DNA from: Chrysomallon squamiferum
Lineage: Eukaryota > Animalia > Mollusca
Reading direction: 5' to 3'
NCBI GenBank assembly: GCA_012295275.1
Contig: CM022672.1
Location: 9,052,001 to 9,116,000, forward strand
DNA: 64,000 bases
Under the pieces are notes generated by a model. The model was not told the DNA's origin. It was given only the letters and a program-made list of their open reading frames with translations, and ran no database searches. Made by a program: the position numbers and the translations under genes. Of this stretch, positions 41,413 through 54,704 are shown piece after piece (position 1 is the stretch's first letter; each line of letters begins with the position of its first letter).

Positions 41413-41430
41413 ATACACAAGTATTTGAAA
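39570..41430. repeat. Duplicated block, second copy of ~31040-32799
   Basis: Colinear with the copy 5 N-terminus and upstream flank; abuts R' at 41431. Confidence 0.92.
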
Positions 41431-41805
41431 TCGTGATTATTATTACTACTATTATTACTGTTGTTGTTAGTTCTGATGTTGGATTTAATGACCTCGATGA
41501 TGACGACATTGATGATGATGATGACAATAATAATAATTATATCAAGCTTTTTTTTGATTTGGGATAATGTGACATAAAGCAATAATTATTTTAATAAATT
41601 ACTTTGCTGATTATTGATTATGTATCAAAGATTCAAAACCATGTTAGATCCTTCACAAAAGTGAAAGGTTTATCGATAAATACTGTCTATTGAAAGAAAT
41701 ATTAGTCGCTAGTTGTTATATGACCTGCGTGAAGCCACCACTAAATACATTATTGTTATTTCACATTGCCTGACAGTAGAAATAATTATTAATTAGAAAA
41801 TGTGA
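41431..41805. repeat. Direct repeat R', second copy of 38346-38720
   Basis: Near-identical to 38346-38690, more diverged over the last ~30 nt. Confidence 0.92.
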
Positions 41806-43182
41806 TATTAATGAAATAAAACTACATTAACTTTCAAAAACAAATCAATATTAATAATAAACATAACAATAACAATAACAATAACAATAATAATAATAGT
41901 AATGATAATAATAATACAGAAATAAGTAAATGAAAAAAAATCAATTACTACTGCTACTACTACTACTACTACCACTACTACTACTACTACTACTAATAAT
42001 ATTGAAAACATAGATCAAAGTGTAAATTAAATTAAAAAGATCAAGAAATGAAAAGAAAAGAAAAGAAAAGAGAAAAAAGTAATGAAATTAAAAAAAGAAA
42101 AAAAAAATAGAGTAAAAAGAGAAAACAAAATCCTTTGAAAGAGTCTTGTTTGTGTGAATAGTTTTCGTCATGAAACGTTGTTACAGGTAATTTTAATTAG
42201 AATGTGTTTTTCTAGGAGTCCAGATGAATGACTTGTATGTCAGTGTTGGAGAGATGGCTGCTGCTTATTGGGTTGCAAGATCATTTATCTACTATGCACT
42301 GTTCAGATTGTTTCATATTGCTCCATCGTAATTCCTTTCATATCTAAAATGCTTTTTCTTCTTCTTCTTCTTTTTCTTCTTCTTCTTCTTATTATTATTT
42401 TGTCAATTCTATAGTGATACAGAATTCTGATTCTTATTCCATTTTAGCTCGGTTTCATTTCATGAAGTGTTACAAAAGCATATGATAGTGTTGTCGTTGT
42501 CATTGTCGTCGTCGTTGTTGTTATCTGCTTCAAGCAAAGAAAATGTATGACTTTTTTAAAGTTAATTATTTAACGCAAACATTACTCTGTTATTTATTAC
42601 TATTTTTTAATAGCATATGAATCCGTGCTCTGGTATGTGTATATACTTCTAAAAAATAATCCTTATGATTCTTTTGCTTTAAGTATTTCTTATTTGGATT
42701 CCATATAAACAAAGAAATTAGCACACTTATGTTAGCAATAACAACAACAACAACAACAAAAATGTTTATTTAAACCTGTATATGATACTGCTATTAAATT
42801 GACAGGAAATTTTAATAATAAAATAGTTATTATACATATATTTACATCTAAAAGAGTAGAAACGATTATATATTTGCTTTCTTTTATCTCTTAAGGAAAA
42901 CACTAATAAACTATTATTATTCAATCAGAATTTGCGCTTTCTCTTCCGTGATCCGTAATAGAATATTTTAGTATTATAATCCCAGTGAAATCATTACGTT
43001 TTTAATCACCAGTGACGTAAATACGTTGGTTGATTACAGTGTATTATGAATGTAAATAGTTTTGTCAAATATATTTTTGTTCTCTGTTATATTTGACGCG
43101 AATTTATTTGATAAGCGTAAAAATAGAACATCATGATATCATAAAGTAAACTTGATAATATATATTTTAATTGTGAAATGTC

Positions 43183-43184
<2 letters not shown>

Positions 43185-43271
<87 letters not shown>
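43185..43271. repeat. (GA)n microsatellite
   Basis: Pure run. Confidence 0.95.
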
Positions 43272-43272
<1 letters not shown>

Positions 43273-44439
43273 ATTTCTCTTTGGTAAAACAGCCGATACT
43301 ATGTAATTATTTTAATAATGGCTGTATTTGTTAACAGTTACTATAATATTAGTATATTTATATTTGGTTTAGTGTTTCTTGAAAAGCTGGGGTTAAACAA
43401 AGTAAATATTTTCCTCCATCTTCATTTTGTATATTTATATTTTATGAGAATTTTGCAATTAAGAATAAAGCAGATACGTTAGGTTTAGTTCAGGAATTTT
43501 TATTTTTAGTTAGAAAACATAATGACATAATTATCAGTTGTTGACTTCTTATTAACAACAGAATAATTTGATGAACCAAATATATATCCAGAGAATAATC
43601 GATCTTGGAAAGTTAATATTTTCAAACATGGAAATATTCAAAGATAAATCAATTAGGAAGCAGAAACAGACAAAACATTGTGAATCCGGATTAGTTTTAA
43701 GTAAATAAAATGCTTTTAAAGATATAACTCTAAAATCAGCAAGGGTTTAAAATAGTGTATTTACAGACATTTAATAATTCTAATGAACATTATGCTGATT
43801 GATCTTGGAACAAGAACAAATAAAGATTTCTTTTATAAGACAAAATATAATAACTGTTTTTAAACAATATTACGCAATAGCTGTTTTCAAACAATGTGAG
43901 ATTAAGGCTTGGGAAGAAATTCATGCATTTAACGATGTCGTTATAAAACAATGAACTCATTATCCACTAGGGCGTTTGCTTCTTGCTGTCCATTCTCACT
44001 AATATCCAACTGAGGATCCCTTCTTTGCCTTGTATTCAAGTATTTTATAGTTCTGGAGTTTCTCTCAAGCTGACTGAAATTGTTTGGGGCTTTATTTTGT
44101 AAAATGCTGGAAGAGGATTTAATAGAACCTCTAGACAATTTTCCAATTTCGAAACATTGTATTTTCATTAAAAATAATTGAAGTTTCTCACTTTTCAGCA
44201 TCAAAAGAACAGCTATTTATTTGGTTTATTATTTGCTTTGGTTTTAGACGAAATCTGACTGTTACAATAAAATATTGTTCTTAAATTCCCAATGCAAATT
44301 TGTTCAAGATGGAATTATGATTACTGAACATTTTAATATTAATAATCTCTTTAGAGAAACATAACAGTGTAATGAATGGAAATGAACAATCTCTGCACTA
44401 AACGGTTCATCAGAAAACAATATTCTGTTTCATTATGGT

Positions 44440-45522
44440 TCATGTCTTTGTACAGTGCCCTATCAGTTTATCACGTATTGAGGGCAAAGACAAAAAGAAC
44501 ATCAGTGGATCGGTAAAAGCGTTTAAGAGCGCCAAGATACCACCAGTATAAAGATTTCCAATAGATTCTGGATCACGAATTATGTTTCCGAATTGTATCG
44601 TAGTTGGTATGCTGGTTGATGAATGAGTCAGAGTCAGAATGCCCACAATTATTGTAGCAACTAATTCTTTAGACTGACGTTTAGGAACCTTTTTTCTTGT
44701 GGTCCTCTCATTGCCTTTCTCAGCCCACGCTTTCCTTAGTGTGGAATTGTTCGAGTTGTCACCAAAGGTGTTTGATCCTGATTGCTGAGTTTCATTGGCA
44801 TCCTCTTCAATCTTGTAGACTCTTGAAGTTAAGTTTGGATGATTTCTGTTAGTTTCTACTTCTCGACTAACATCAATTTTTTTCCTTTTCAGATACAAAC
44901 TGAAAAGTTTGTAGATAGATAAAGCATACAGTAACAAGCTTGCTGAATAGTTAAATGAGCTCACTATGTAAAAAAACTTAGTTGTGATTATAAACAGTGC
45001 TAATATAGATCTGAATCTACATATTGTAGGCGTGACACCATACACAACGTGGTCTATCACCATGAACACTGCCCATCCAAGAGTAAGAATAATCCAGATG
45101 AATAGAACAACGACAATAGTTTTACGTTTTGTAAATAATTTCGAGAGATCAGGGGTTCTTCCAATGCTGTACAGAGAAACTGTTCGCATGATATTTATCA
45201 ACAATATCTGACTTGTACTAATAAGTACAAGGTGAAACAGAAAAAACATGACAAATGTACACAAAATTGGACTGACTTCATTCCATGAAGTGCTTGACAC
45301 GTACAGAACTATAGCTATGTATGAAATCCCGTTCAAGCAAACCAGACTATCAGTTAATGAGAGAGAAATTAATGCCACATATATCGAATGCTTAGTCATA
45401 ACATTCTTTTTGATTATTAAAATACATACTGCGATATTTTCTATGAGAGCTAGAAAGTAAAACACCACAAGAGGTATTGTCAAAGAATAGGCTGGGGTTG
45501 GAATCTCGTTTGTTGAATTCAT
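44440..45522 (-). CDS. Class A GPCR copy 8 (- clade), intact, 360 aa
   Basis: 7TM; NST sequon; IENIAV; SLSLTD; C3.25...NIMRT; ICRFRS; PKRQSKELVATIIVG; THSSTSIP; NAFTDPLMF. Confidence 0.93.
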   Translation of the reverse strand: MNSTNEIPTPAYSLTIPLVVFYFLALIENIAVCILIIKKNVMTKHSIYVALISLSLTDSLVCLNGISYIAIVLYVSSTSWNEVSPILCTFVMFFLFHLVLISTSQILLINIMRTVSLYSIGRTPDLSKLFTKRKTIVVVLFIWIILTLGWAVFMVIDHVVYGVTPTICRFRSILALFIITTKFFYIVSSFNYSASLLLYALSIYKLFSLYLKRKKIDVSREVETNRNHPNLTSRVYKIEEDANETQQSGSNTFGDNSNNSTLRKAWAEKGNERTTRKKVPKRQSKELVATIIVGILTLTHSSTSIPTTIQFGNIIRDPESIGNLYTGGILALLNAFTDPLMFFLSLPSIRDKLIGHCTKT

Positions 45523-47397
45523 GCTGTAATTTACAAAAACACGTAAAGTATCAGATTCAAAATGATTTCGTTCTTCCTTTTATAATACAGTCAGTTTTCT
45601 GAATGCATCCATGATTAATGCTGAAGTCTCTGTTTTAAGATAATTCTGGATATAAAGATTATTTATGGATTCATGAAGCTTTCTTTTTTATTCCTTCTTT
45701 AAGGTATTTAACCTGAAAAAAAGAAAACGAAACAACATCAGTTATTTGTTGTAATATACAAATTATCATCCTCCATTCTAGTTCATACTTTAATTTTGTT
45801 AGTTTTTATGTTAAAATAAGTACTCAAAAGTTTTAATTTTGTTCGTGTTTGATTGTAGACAGAAATATATATATTACAGAATTGTATAATACAACACGAA
45901 TATTTGAGTATTCTTGAGTTAATAAATATTTTAAAACCCCATTTGTTTAAAATAGTAAATATATTATTATATAAAAAATGAAATATTTAAGTATAAATAA
46001 AGATGTGACTTTAAAAAGCAACATATTTAAATTTATATTAAGTCACTTGAACATAATTCTTTCAAAAATAAGAAAAGATACCAAACTGAAGAATAACCAC
46101 AATATTCCATTTTAACAACTGAAGAGTACATAACAGAATTTACCTTTCAAAAAGCACCTCAGAAATAAATGATCGTGACAATAATCCTTTCACGAAAAAA
46201 ACCCAACTCTTCCTTAATTGTATTAGGATAGGATAGGAAAAAAATTAACGTGCTAATCAGAGCAAGCTGTTGTGAAGCACGTCTGCGACGGGCACGCTTT
46301 CTGACAGGTCAGCGGGCGTGTACGTCGCAGAATTAATTGTATTACCGTCTTTAGCTTTTTATACTTTTCTCAAACTGAAGAATCGGTTTTGGCTTGCTGA
46401 TGATTATATCACGTGTCAAAAAACAGTGCAGAAATAGATTATGACGCCCAGTCAGTTCTTAACAAGAAAAAGCTGAAAGTCTCTGCTTTTATATGATTCG
46501 TGAGTCTTCCAGTGGACCTATGAATAACGTATATTAATAATTAAGTAAATGAACTGATTTTTTTTAAAAACACAAAAGTAATTTACCTATGAGTTTGCAA
46601 AGGCAGGGCTAATATTTATGGTGGCATTGGATTACAAGGTAAACAAGTGAAAGAACGATGACTTTTTTACATTCTCTTTTCAGTTAGACAGGTTTTCTTT
46701 GTGTTTATTATGGTTTTCTTAAATAGGAATTCAATACAGTTAATGGGATCCTGATATCTAATAATTATACATCTACATGAAAAAAGGTAATCCGTCCATA
46801 AAAGTGTCTAGCACATGAGTGCTAATGATAATATAATATATATTCTTTCTCTGACAACTGAATGTAGAAATGTCAGACCGCTGTGTGGGAGATTATCAAT
46901 AGTGACGATCCCATGTTAGGATGATTATTCTGAGAAAAAGTAAATCTGACATTATATACTGTTTGAAAATACTGTATGCATGTATGTTTGTGTATGTGTG
47001 TGTGTGTGTGTGTGGCTGTGTGCGTGTGCGTGTAAACTGAATTAAAGTAATCTTGATTATACTCAGTTTTTTTATACAGATTTTGCTACTATTGTTTTGA
47101 TGCTTCAGATGTATGTACACAGATAACAATAATGAATTAATGAATTTATAATGAAATATCAGTATATTTTGTAACGAAGGAATATTTTTATTGTTATGGA
47201 GTAGTCGAAGAAGATTTCTGTTACATAGGTTCTCTTATTAAATAGGCATTTTCGCTTGAATAAGTTAATTTCTTTTGTCCTGTCCAAAGGTAAAAGTCAG
47301 TAACGATATTCGTATTCAGAACAAACAAAAGTAGGTTTAAAGAAATATAACTCGCTAGTACGTTATAAAAATGTAGTTATCTATCTTAAATAAATAA

Positions 47398-47438
<41 letters not shown>

Positions 47439-47540
47439 TAAATAAAATAAAATAATAATAAAAAATAAATTGCTGGTAAACACCTAAGTCTAAATCATAA
47501 TTTATAATATGTACAGATTTTCTTAAGCACTTTTCTAATT

Positions 47541-47720
47541 ACCTGTTCCATCCAGCTATTATTATACTAATTTTGCAATTTGTCTTGCTACATATCATTT
47601 ACACAGGCTGATCAGAAAACATCTTTTAACGAATATTTTGGACAGCTCATTGCTGTCTTTCCAAAAATGATTCATTTACTCCTGTGTTGTTTTAAAGAAA
47701 ATAATTTAAAATCTCTTTCC
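47541..47720 (-). promoter_or_regulatory. Conserved upstream block of copy 8 (paralog 53144-53340); candidate non-coding first exon or promoter
   Basis: ccatccagct...ctaattttgcaatttgtcttgcta...gatcagaaaacatcttttaac...gacagctcattgctg is shared with the copy 9 flank; its gene-proximal edge reads CAG|GTAATT on - (CAA|GTAATC in copy 9). Confidence 0.4.
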
Positions 47721-49257
47721 TTTTTATGTATATATTACTATTTCGTAGAAACATCAGTAATGATAATTTTACAAAACCATTTTAAAAACAAATCTACTGA
47801 ATGAAATAACAAAATATTATTGATTTCTAATCTTCTTACCTTTCATCTATGTTCAGTATACATAATATACAATTACAAAACTGCCTTAGGATTTTCGTAT
47901 ATCAATATGGTTAATACTGAAAGATATGTTTATCTTGTGTCCTCTGTGAAATCTTCAGCACACCTACATGTAATTTCCAAAGACGAATATCGGCAGTCAG
48001 TTTATGTCAAATAAGGATCGAATTACTGATTAGAAGAAATATATTATCAAAAGAAAATTATATACATTTTCAGTTAAAAAATTTACAATTATAATAATAA
48101 AAATTAATTAATTAATAACAACAAAAAAGTAAACAAACAATCACACAAAGTAATAAATACATAGATAAATCAACAGATAAATAAATAGACAGATAAACAA
48201 ACAAATAAAAAAAAAAAAAAAAAAAAAAATTCTGAAAATCCACCGATCAGACTTGTTTATGTTGCTTTTCATCGACTGAATGTTATTACAGATATTTTAT
48301 CGGAATAATAATCGTTTTGCCTTTTTGTAATCACGACAAATCAATAGTTATAACCTCGGCATGATCAATTCTGTCATTTATGTTATGAAAAGTAGAGTTC
48401 TCTGTTGGCTATACATGTGACGTATTGTCACTCTTTTATTTTGAGATCTTCGCTGAACAGTTATAAAATAATAATTGTTAGTATCGTACAACTAATATTG
48501 GTGTGGTTCTGAATTTATTATTTTTGTAGCTGTTTAGTTTTGTAATTTACTTTATTGTGTTCGGATAGCTTTCCATTGGTATACTGTAATAAGAATAGAA
48601 AAGAAAAAAGGTTATACACGCAGACCTAAATAGATATGTACATACATACATTTATATACATACATGCATAAACTTACCTAAATGCATACATATATTCATA
48701 CATACGTTAACACAGATATTTATAGATACAAACCTACGTATATGCATACATTCATAAACATACATAAATACATTCATATATAGGAATATACCTACATATA
48801 CGTACATAAACGTAAACAGATATATACATGTATAAGGATATAGCTACATATATTAAAAAATTCACAAGTACAGTCATACATATATAAATATATACATATA
48901 CATAATTATATACATATATACATATGTAATATACATATTCATATACATATTTACATAGACATATACAAATATACATATACAGCTTATAAAACAGCATATA
49001 AAACATTTTCAGTAATGGTGACAAATAACAATTTAGTTTTATTCTGTGCTAATCTTTTAGCAAATCTCATCTCTACACAAAATTGATAGACTGTAAATAT
49101 AATTTAATTTCCTGTCAGAGAAAACAGGATTTAATTGAGATATTTCATTAAGTGTAGACAGTGAAACCATGATACGGTGATATACAACAGTACTGTATTT
49201 CAAAATAAAATATTTTTGTTACGTACTAGACTGACTCTTATTGAACGCAAAGATACA

Positions 49258-49347
49258 TCGAAGATGAGATGGTTACAAAAGCATTTGCAATCAATATCAG
49301 TCTCGAAGATGAGATGGTTACAAAAGCATTTACAATCGTTATCAGTC
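49258..49347. repeat. 45-bp tandem duplication
   Basis: tcgaagatgagatggttacaaaagcattt.caatc..tatcagtc at 49258 and 49303. Confidence 0.9.
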
Positions 49348-50601
49348 TGGCTACAAAAAACGTTCGTTATAGATTTTATGTTCCTGAATGCATCTTCAGT
49401 AAGCGTAGCCACCACACTCGTTCATTCGGTTCTAATTGCTGTTTAGTGCTGTTCAGTCGACTGTCACTTACGTCAAGAATAAAATCTGAGTAAGTTTATC
49501 TCAATTTTACTGTTGAGATCGCTATCCAAAGAATGTTCCCACTTTACAAAAATGTATTGTATTGCAAATCCAGTTTTGTCATCAAAAATTAATATTAGAT
49601 TTGTATATATAACCACATAATTAACGTTTTTTTTTCTAATAAGAATGCTATGATATACTAAAATTAATAGTCGTTGATAAATAATCTTAACTGTTTCTAC
49701 TTGGATGTTAATTTATATAATACAACAACACATTGACTTATTATTTACAATGTCCAAAAGCCAATGGTCTTTCTAACATCTGCATTTCAAGAAGGAGCGA
49801 GTCCCAGGATCTAACCAGCAAATTCTGGTCACTCCATTGCCCTCAACATCCATGGTCGTTTTTTTCCTCTAAACTCGTTGGTTAGACAGTCAGGATCGAA
49901 TATTTTGTCCGTGTCTCGGCAAAGAATCTGTTCAGTGTTTTGCATTCAGACATTTTTTTATTAGCAAAGTTAGTGTAGATTAAAACTAACAACAACAGAG
50001 ATAAAGGAAAACATTAAAAATGTTCCAGTTTATTGAAACATGAACTAAAACCAATTAATTACTACAGATATAATTACTGAACTAATACTGGCAGACAAAA
50101 CACTGAAATGAAGTTTTACAATTTACAAATACATTTGTATGAGATGAATTTCAGTGGTTGGAACGCAGTGTTAATGCGAAATAGAACACAGGATCAAGCC
50201 ATCTCACCGCTAATTCCAGTTGTAACTTCGGTCATTGACTGTTAATGATAGGCTTAAATGTAGGTGTGCACTGTCTGCGAGAAGGTGCTGCAAAACTGTT
50301 TTGCCGCTAAGCATAAAACACACAATACATTCATTACATATCCACTCAGAAAAATTTGACATCCGGCAGAAGATTTGCCTTGTGTTTAAAAATATTACAG
50401 TTCTGAAGTTTCTTTTGTTTCTCTCAGACTGATGACGTTTTGTGGAGTTTTATTTTATGAAATACCAGAAGAAGGTCTGACGGATACAGTAATAATTACT
50501 GAACGTTTTCATATTAATAATCTCTTGGGAGAAACATAAACATATAATAAAAGGAAATGAAGAAGTACTGTACTAAAAGGATAATCATAAAATAATCTAA
50601 T

Positions 50602-51714
50602 TCATTCTGGTTCATTTTTAGTACAGTGCCCTATTACTTTATCACGTATTGAGGGCAAAGACAAAAAGAAAATCAATGGATCGGTAAAAGCGTTTAATAG
50701 TGCCAAGATACCATTAGCATAAATATTTACAATAGATTCGGGATCACGAATTATGTTTCCGAGTTGTATCATATTAGGAATGCTTATTACTGAGTGGGTC
50801 AGAGTCAGAATGCCTACAATAACTGTAGCAACTAATTCTTTAGACCGACGTTTAGGAGCCTTGTTTCTTGTAGTCCTCTCATTGCCTTTCTCAGTGCACG
50901 CTTTCCTTAGTGTGCAGTTGTTCATGTTGTCGTCAACGGTCTTTGATCCTGATTGCTGAATTTCATTGGTGTTGTCTTCAGTCTTGTCTGAACTTGAGTT
51001 TGGTTGATTTGTAGTTGCGACCGTTACGTTGCTTGCTTGCGTATTAATTTCTATTTCTCGACTGACATCAATTTTCTTCCTTTTCAGATGTAAACTGACA
51101 AGTTTGTAGATAGATAAAGCAAACATTGACAGGCTTAAGGAATAGCTAAATGAATTCATAATGAGAAAATACCTAGTGGTAATTTCAAACATAGCTATTA
51201 TCGATCGGACTCTACATGATGTTGGGTTGACACCGTACACCAAGTGATCTACCATCATGATCGTTATTGAAGCAATAGTAAGAATAATCCAGATGATTAA
51301 TACAAAAAAGATAGTTTTACGTTTTGTAAATATTTTCGAGAGGTCAGTGGCTTTCCCAATGCTGGCTAGTGAAACTGTTCGCATGACGTTTATCAACTCT
51401 ATCTGACTTGTACTAATAAGTTTAATATGATATGGAACGAATACAACTATTGCACAGTAAACTGGACTGACTTTATGCTCTGGCGATTTTGTTGCGTACA
51501 GCAGTGTAGATATGTATATAATCACGTTGAAGCAAAACAAACTATCAGTTAGCGAAAGAGAAATTAATGCCACGTACATCGGATATTTAGTCATCACGTT
51601 CTTTTTCACTATGAGAACACACACTGCGATGTTTTCCACGAGAACCAAGAAGTAAAACGCCGCAAGTGGCAAAGACGAGGAATAGGCAAGTGTAGTACCG
51701 CTTATTAAATTCAT
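50602..51714 (-). CDS. Class A GPCR copy 9 (- clade), intact, 370 aa from the ATG at 51714
   Basis: MNLISG start aligns with paralog starts; VENIAV; KYPMYVALISLSLTD; YC...NVMRT; SCRVRS; PKRRSKELVAT; THSVISIP; NAFTDPLIF. Confidence 0.93.
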   Translation of the reverse strand: MNLISGTTLAYSSSLPLAAFYFLVLVENIAVCVLIVKKNVMTKYPMYVALISLSLTDSLFCFNVIIYISTLLYATKSPEHKVSPVYCAIVVFVPYHIKLISTSQIELINVMRTVSLASIGKATDLSKIFTKRKTIFFVLIIWIILTIASITIMMVDHLVYGVNPTSCRVRSIIAMFEITTRYFLIMNSFSYSLSLSMFALSIYKLVSLHLKRKKIDVSREIEINTQASNVTVATTNQPNSSSDKTEDNTNEIQQSGSKTVDDNMNNCTLRKACTEKGNERTTRNKAPKRRSKELVATVIVGILTLTHSVISIPNMIQLGNIIRDPESIVNIYANGILALLNAFTDPLIFFLSLPSIRDKVIGHCTKNEPE

Positions 51715-53739
51715 GTTGTAAATATGCGTTTTTTCAATCTCTGATTGTGTTCTTATTGTAAACAAACAGATTTCATTCTTATCTTTTTACAATGTTTTTA
51801 TATTTTTCGCGGTATTCTAATATTTTGTTGAAAGGAACATTTTGATACTGATGTCAGAATATAACATATATATATTTTTAATGTTTCCAAGAAGGAATGC
51901 TGAAGTATTTATTTCTGTTTCTTTTGGATATAAAGTTTATTTATGGATTCTTAAGGTTTTCTGGTTTATTTCTTCCTGAAGTTACGTATCCTGAAGAAAA
52001 AAAAAAAGAAAAAGAAAGAAAACATTGGTTATTTGTTGTAATATACAAACGATCATGTTCCGTACTGACTGATAATTTTCTCTTAGTAAGTAATTAGATT
52101 ATTCAGTTAGCAGTTTGATTTGCAGGTTTTTCTCATATTAGAATAATAATAATAATAATTAGTTTTTTACATATTTTTGGGGGAATTTAAAAAAAAACCA
52201 AAAAAAAAACAACATTTATTGAACTTGAATATAATGAAGATTCTTAGATAATAAATATTTGAATGCATCATGTAAAGAGCCAACATATATCTATATATGG
52301 AATATTTAATTTATAAAGACAACATATTTAGAATACACAGTGTCAAATATACATAAAGTCATGCCAGCATAATTATGTGAGTCAGAAATAAGATGAAATA
52401 GTTATAAAGTACATCATCGTGAAGAATAAACGTGTCTCGGTAAACTACTAACTAAAAGATGATAGAACGTGCATGATATTTACCCCACTCAGTCCACTGA
52501 GCATAACAAAATCTTTTGACGGAAGAAACTAAAGTAACTTACGTAACAGCTCAAAGACAATGGTGAAACAGGAGCAGATTATGTCGCTCGGTCCTTAAAA
52601 AAGAAAGAACTGAAAGTTGCACATCTTTCCGCAGCGACTTATTCATCATTTATAACAGTTTCGAGTGAACATACGAATGATTTGTATCAATAATTAAATA
52701 AATTGACCTTTTTATTTAGAAAATTTAGTTTACAGCGAGAGCATAAAAGTAATTACTTGCCAGTACGCAGAAACAGAGCTAATTGTTTATTAGTGTTATT
52801 GTGTTTTAAACTTCATTACAAAGGCAATAAAACCGGTGTTGGATTGTAAGGATAACAAAGGAAACGATGTTTTTCTTTAGATTCTCTTTTCTTGCTAATT
52901 TTATTGTTTGTTTTTTTATGGCTTTCTTAAATAGGAATTCAGTAAATTTAAGAAGAAACAAGACATAATCTTTAAAAAGGGTAATTCGCGAGTAAGTTGT
53001 CAAATTATCAATGCAAATATAAAATAAAAATAATAATAATAAAAACAGAAAAAATTAAAAATAAAACAAATGTGTAGTTTATCTACCTTCGGCCAAATTA
53101 TAACTTATAATGTGTATTGATTTTTTTAGGGACTTTTCTGATTACTTGTTTCCATCCAGCTGTTAAACTAATTTTGCAATTTGTCTTGCTAAATATCATT
53201 TACATAGGGTGATCAGAAAACATCTTTTAACAAATATTTTAGACAGCTCATTGCTGGCTTTCAAAAAATGATGGATTTATTCCTTTTTTTTTTTTTTTTC
53301 TTTCAGAAAATAATTAAGAATCTCTTGGCCTTTTTATGCATATTTATGCTGTCTAGTTATTCAAAATCTTCAGATTTGCTAAATTTATATCACAAATATT
53401 ACTGCTACGTGTTTGAAATGAAAACTAAACATCAGTTAGGTAGTTTTTAATCGTTTGAAGGAAAACAACAAAATTAAGGCAAACACATCTTTAACCTTTC
53501 GATTCACTTTTCACATGTCTAAGTTTAGTGTTTATTTACCAAAGCAGATTTCATCTATATCCAAAGGCGGACTGCAATTTATAGAGAGAAACTGGATGCA
53601 ACTTTACTCCCTACAAAATTTCTGGAATGATGCTCATCTGAAATCTGCCATAAAACTCGGGTGCCATGACTTTCTTTCTATTTTATTTTCTTTGTTGCGT
53701 TAGCATCTGGAGTGAATGATATTCATACGGAAGGAAAGT

Positions 53740-54622
53740 GGGCTCATTAGTTCGGAGATTCTCCAGGCCCAGCAGCTACATGCACACGAAGGGAAGAGGA
53801 CGTGGAGGGCAGTGTATTTTCAACGCTCGAATAAGTCGTGGCAATGTTACTAACGATCTTCTTCAACCAATCTTGTAACCTAGCTTGCTTCGGATACTTT
53901 GGCTTATCCTTAAGTTATTTTCTTTGAACCAAATAAACAAACATAATTTCTTCTTCTGTTATAAAGTCTCTTTGCTCTAATCCTACAATTCAATATGTCT
54001 CAGCTGGACACATTTATCTACAGAAATTCTTTCTTCCATTTGCTCGTATTCTTCTTCACTTTCTTCAAGATCATCTTGGGATATTTTTCTCGCCTTGGTG
54101 AAACATCTCCACGATTTCTTGATCAGTTTGTTGATAAACAACAGACCCATCATTATCAATATTCATCCATTCCTTTAGGTCTTCCTTTATAATCTCCTTG
54201 GTTATTCCGAGAAACTTTGGGTTAGTCATAATTTCTAGCGTTATTCACCAGTTCGCAGATCAATTGGTTTTCTCTGGAAACTCTAAATCAAGAGAAGTCA
54301 GCTTCATTACTTTCCCCAGAGTTTTTGCCAACCAGCTTGATAGTAACCATATCATATCCTATAAGTTAAATTCATTTGCAAGCTTCCCAACATTTTTCAA
54401 TACGTTAAGGTAACAACTGTATTTAGATTTCAGTGTACGAAATATTCTCTGGTAACAGGGATGAATCACAGAGATGCACTTAAGAGGGACACCAAAACCA
54501 GTTTCTTTTTTTGTAATTTTTTTTTAAAAAGTTCTGCTTTGGGATAAGCCGAACAATTAAAACCTTGCCGAAGTATGCGAGTTGCCGAAGTGTGGAGTGC
54601 CGAATTAAAGAAGTACAACATG
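53740..54622 (-). mobile_element. pogo/Tigger-like DNA transposon relic (transposase C-terminus plus one terminus)
   Basis: Minus-strand fragments QAGWQKLW, EDLKEWMNIDNDGSVVYQQTDQEIVEM, acidic ESEEEYE and KQARLQDWLKK resemble Tigger/Jerky C-termini. Right end has four GCCGAA subterminal repeats and ends ...tg|TA at 54622-54624. Confidence 0.7.
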
Positions 54623-54704
54623 TAATTACTAAAATACATTTTTGTAACAGATAAATTCAGTGCTTTGAAAGTAAATGAGGGGTCGAGACTTCTCAGTGCA
54701 CATC

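Noticed and set aside
43560-44204. ORF 43941-44204 and a + strand MLEEDLIEP peptide reminiscent of gypsy RT
   Set aside because: Match is too short, surrounded by stops, and no other RT motifs were found.
49349-49410. Minus-strand CTGAAGA...CGAAC bounded by ggctac/gtagcc (Penelope-type hammerhead?)
   Set aside because: GAAA core is broken, stem II does not form, and one arm is part of the adjacent 45-bp repeat.
51715-51765. 17-aa N-terminal extension of copy 9 in the ORF track (and GTG starts of copies 1, 3, 4)
   Set aside because: Non-ATG starts from the ORF caller; paralog alignment places initiation at the downstream ATG.
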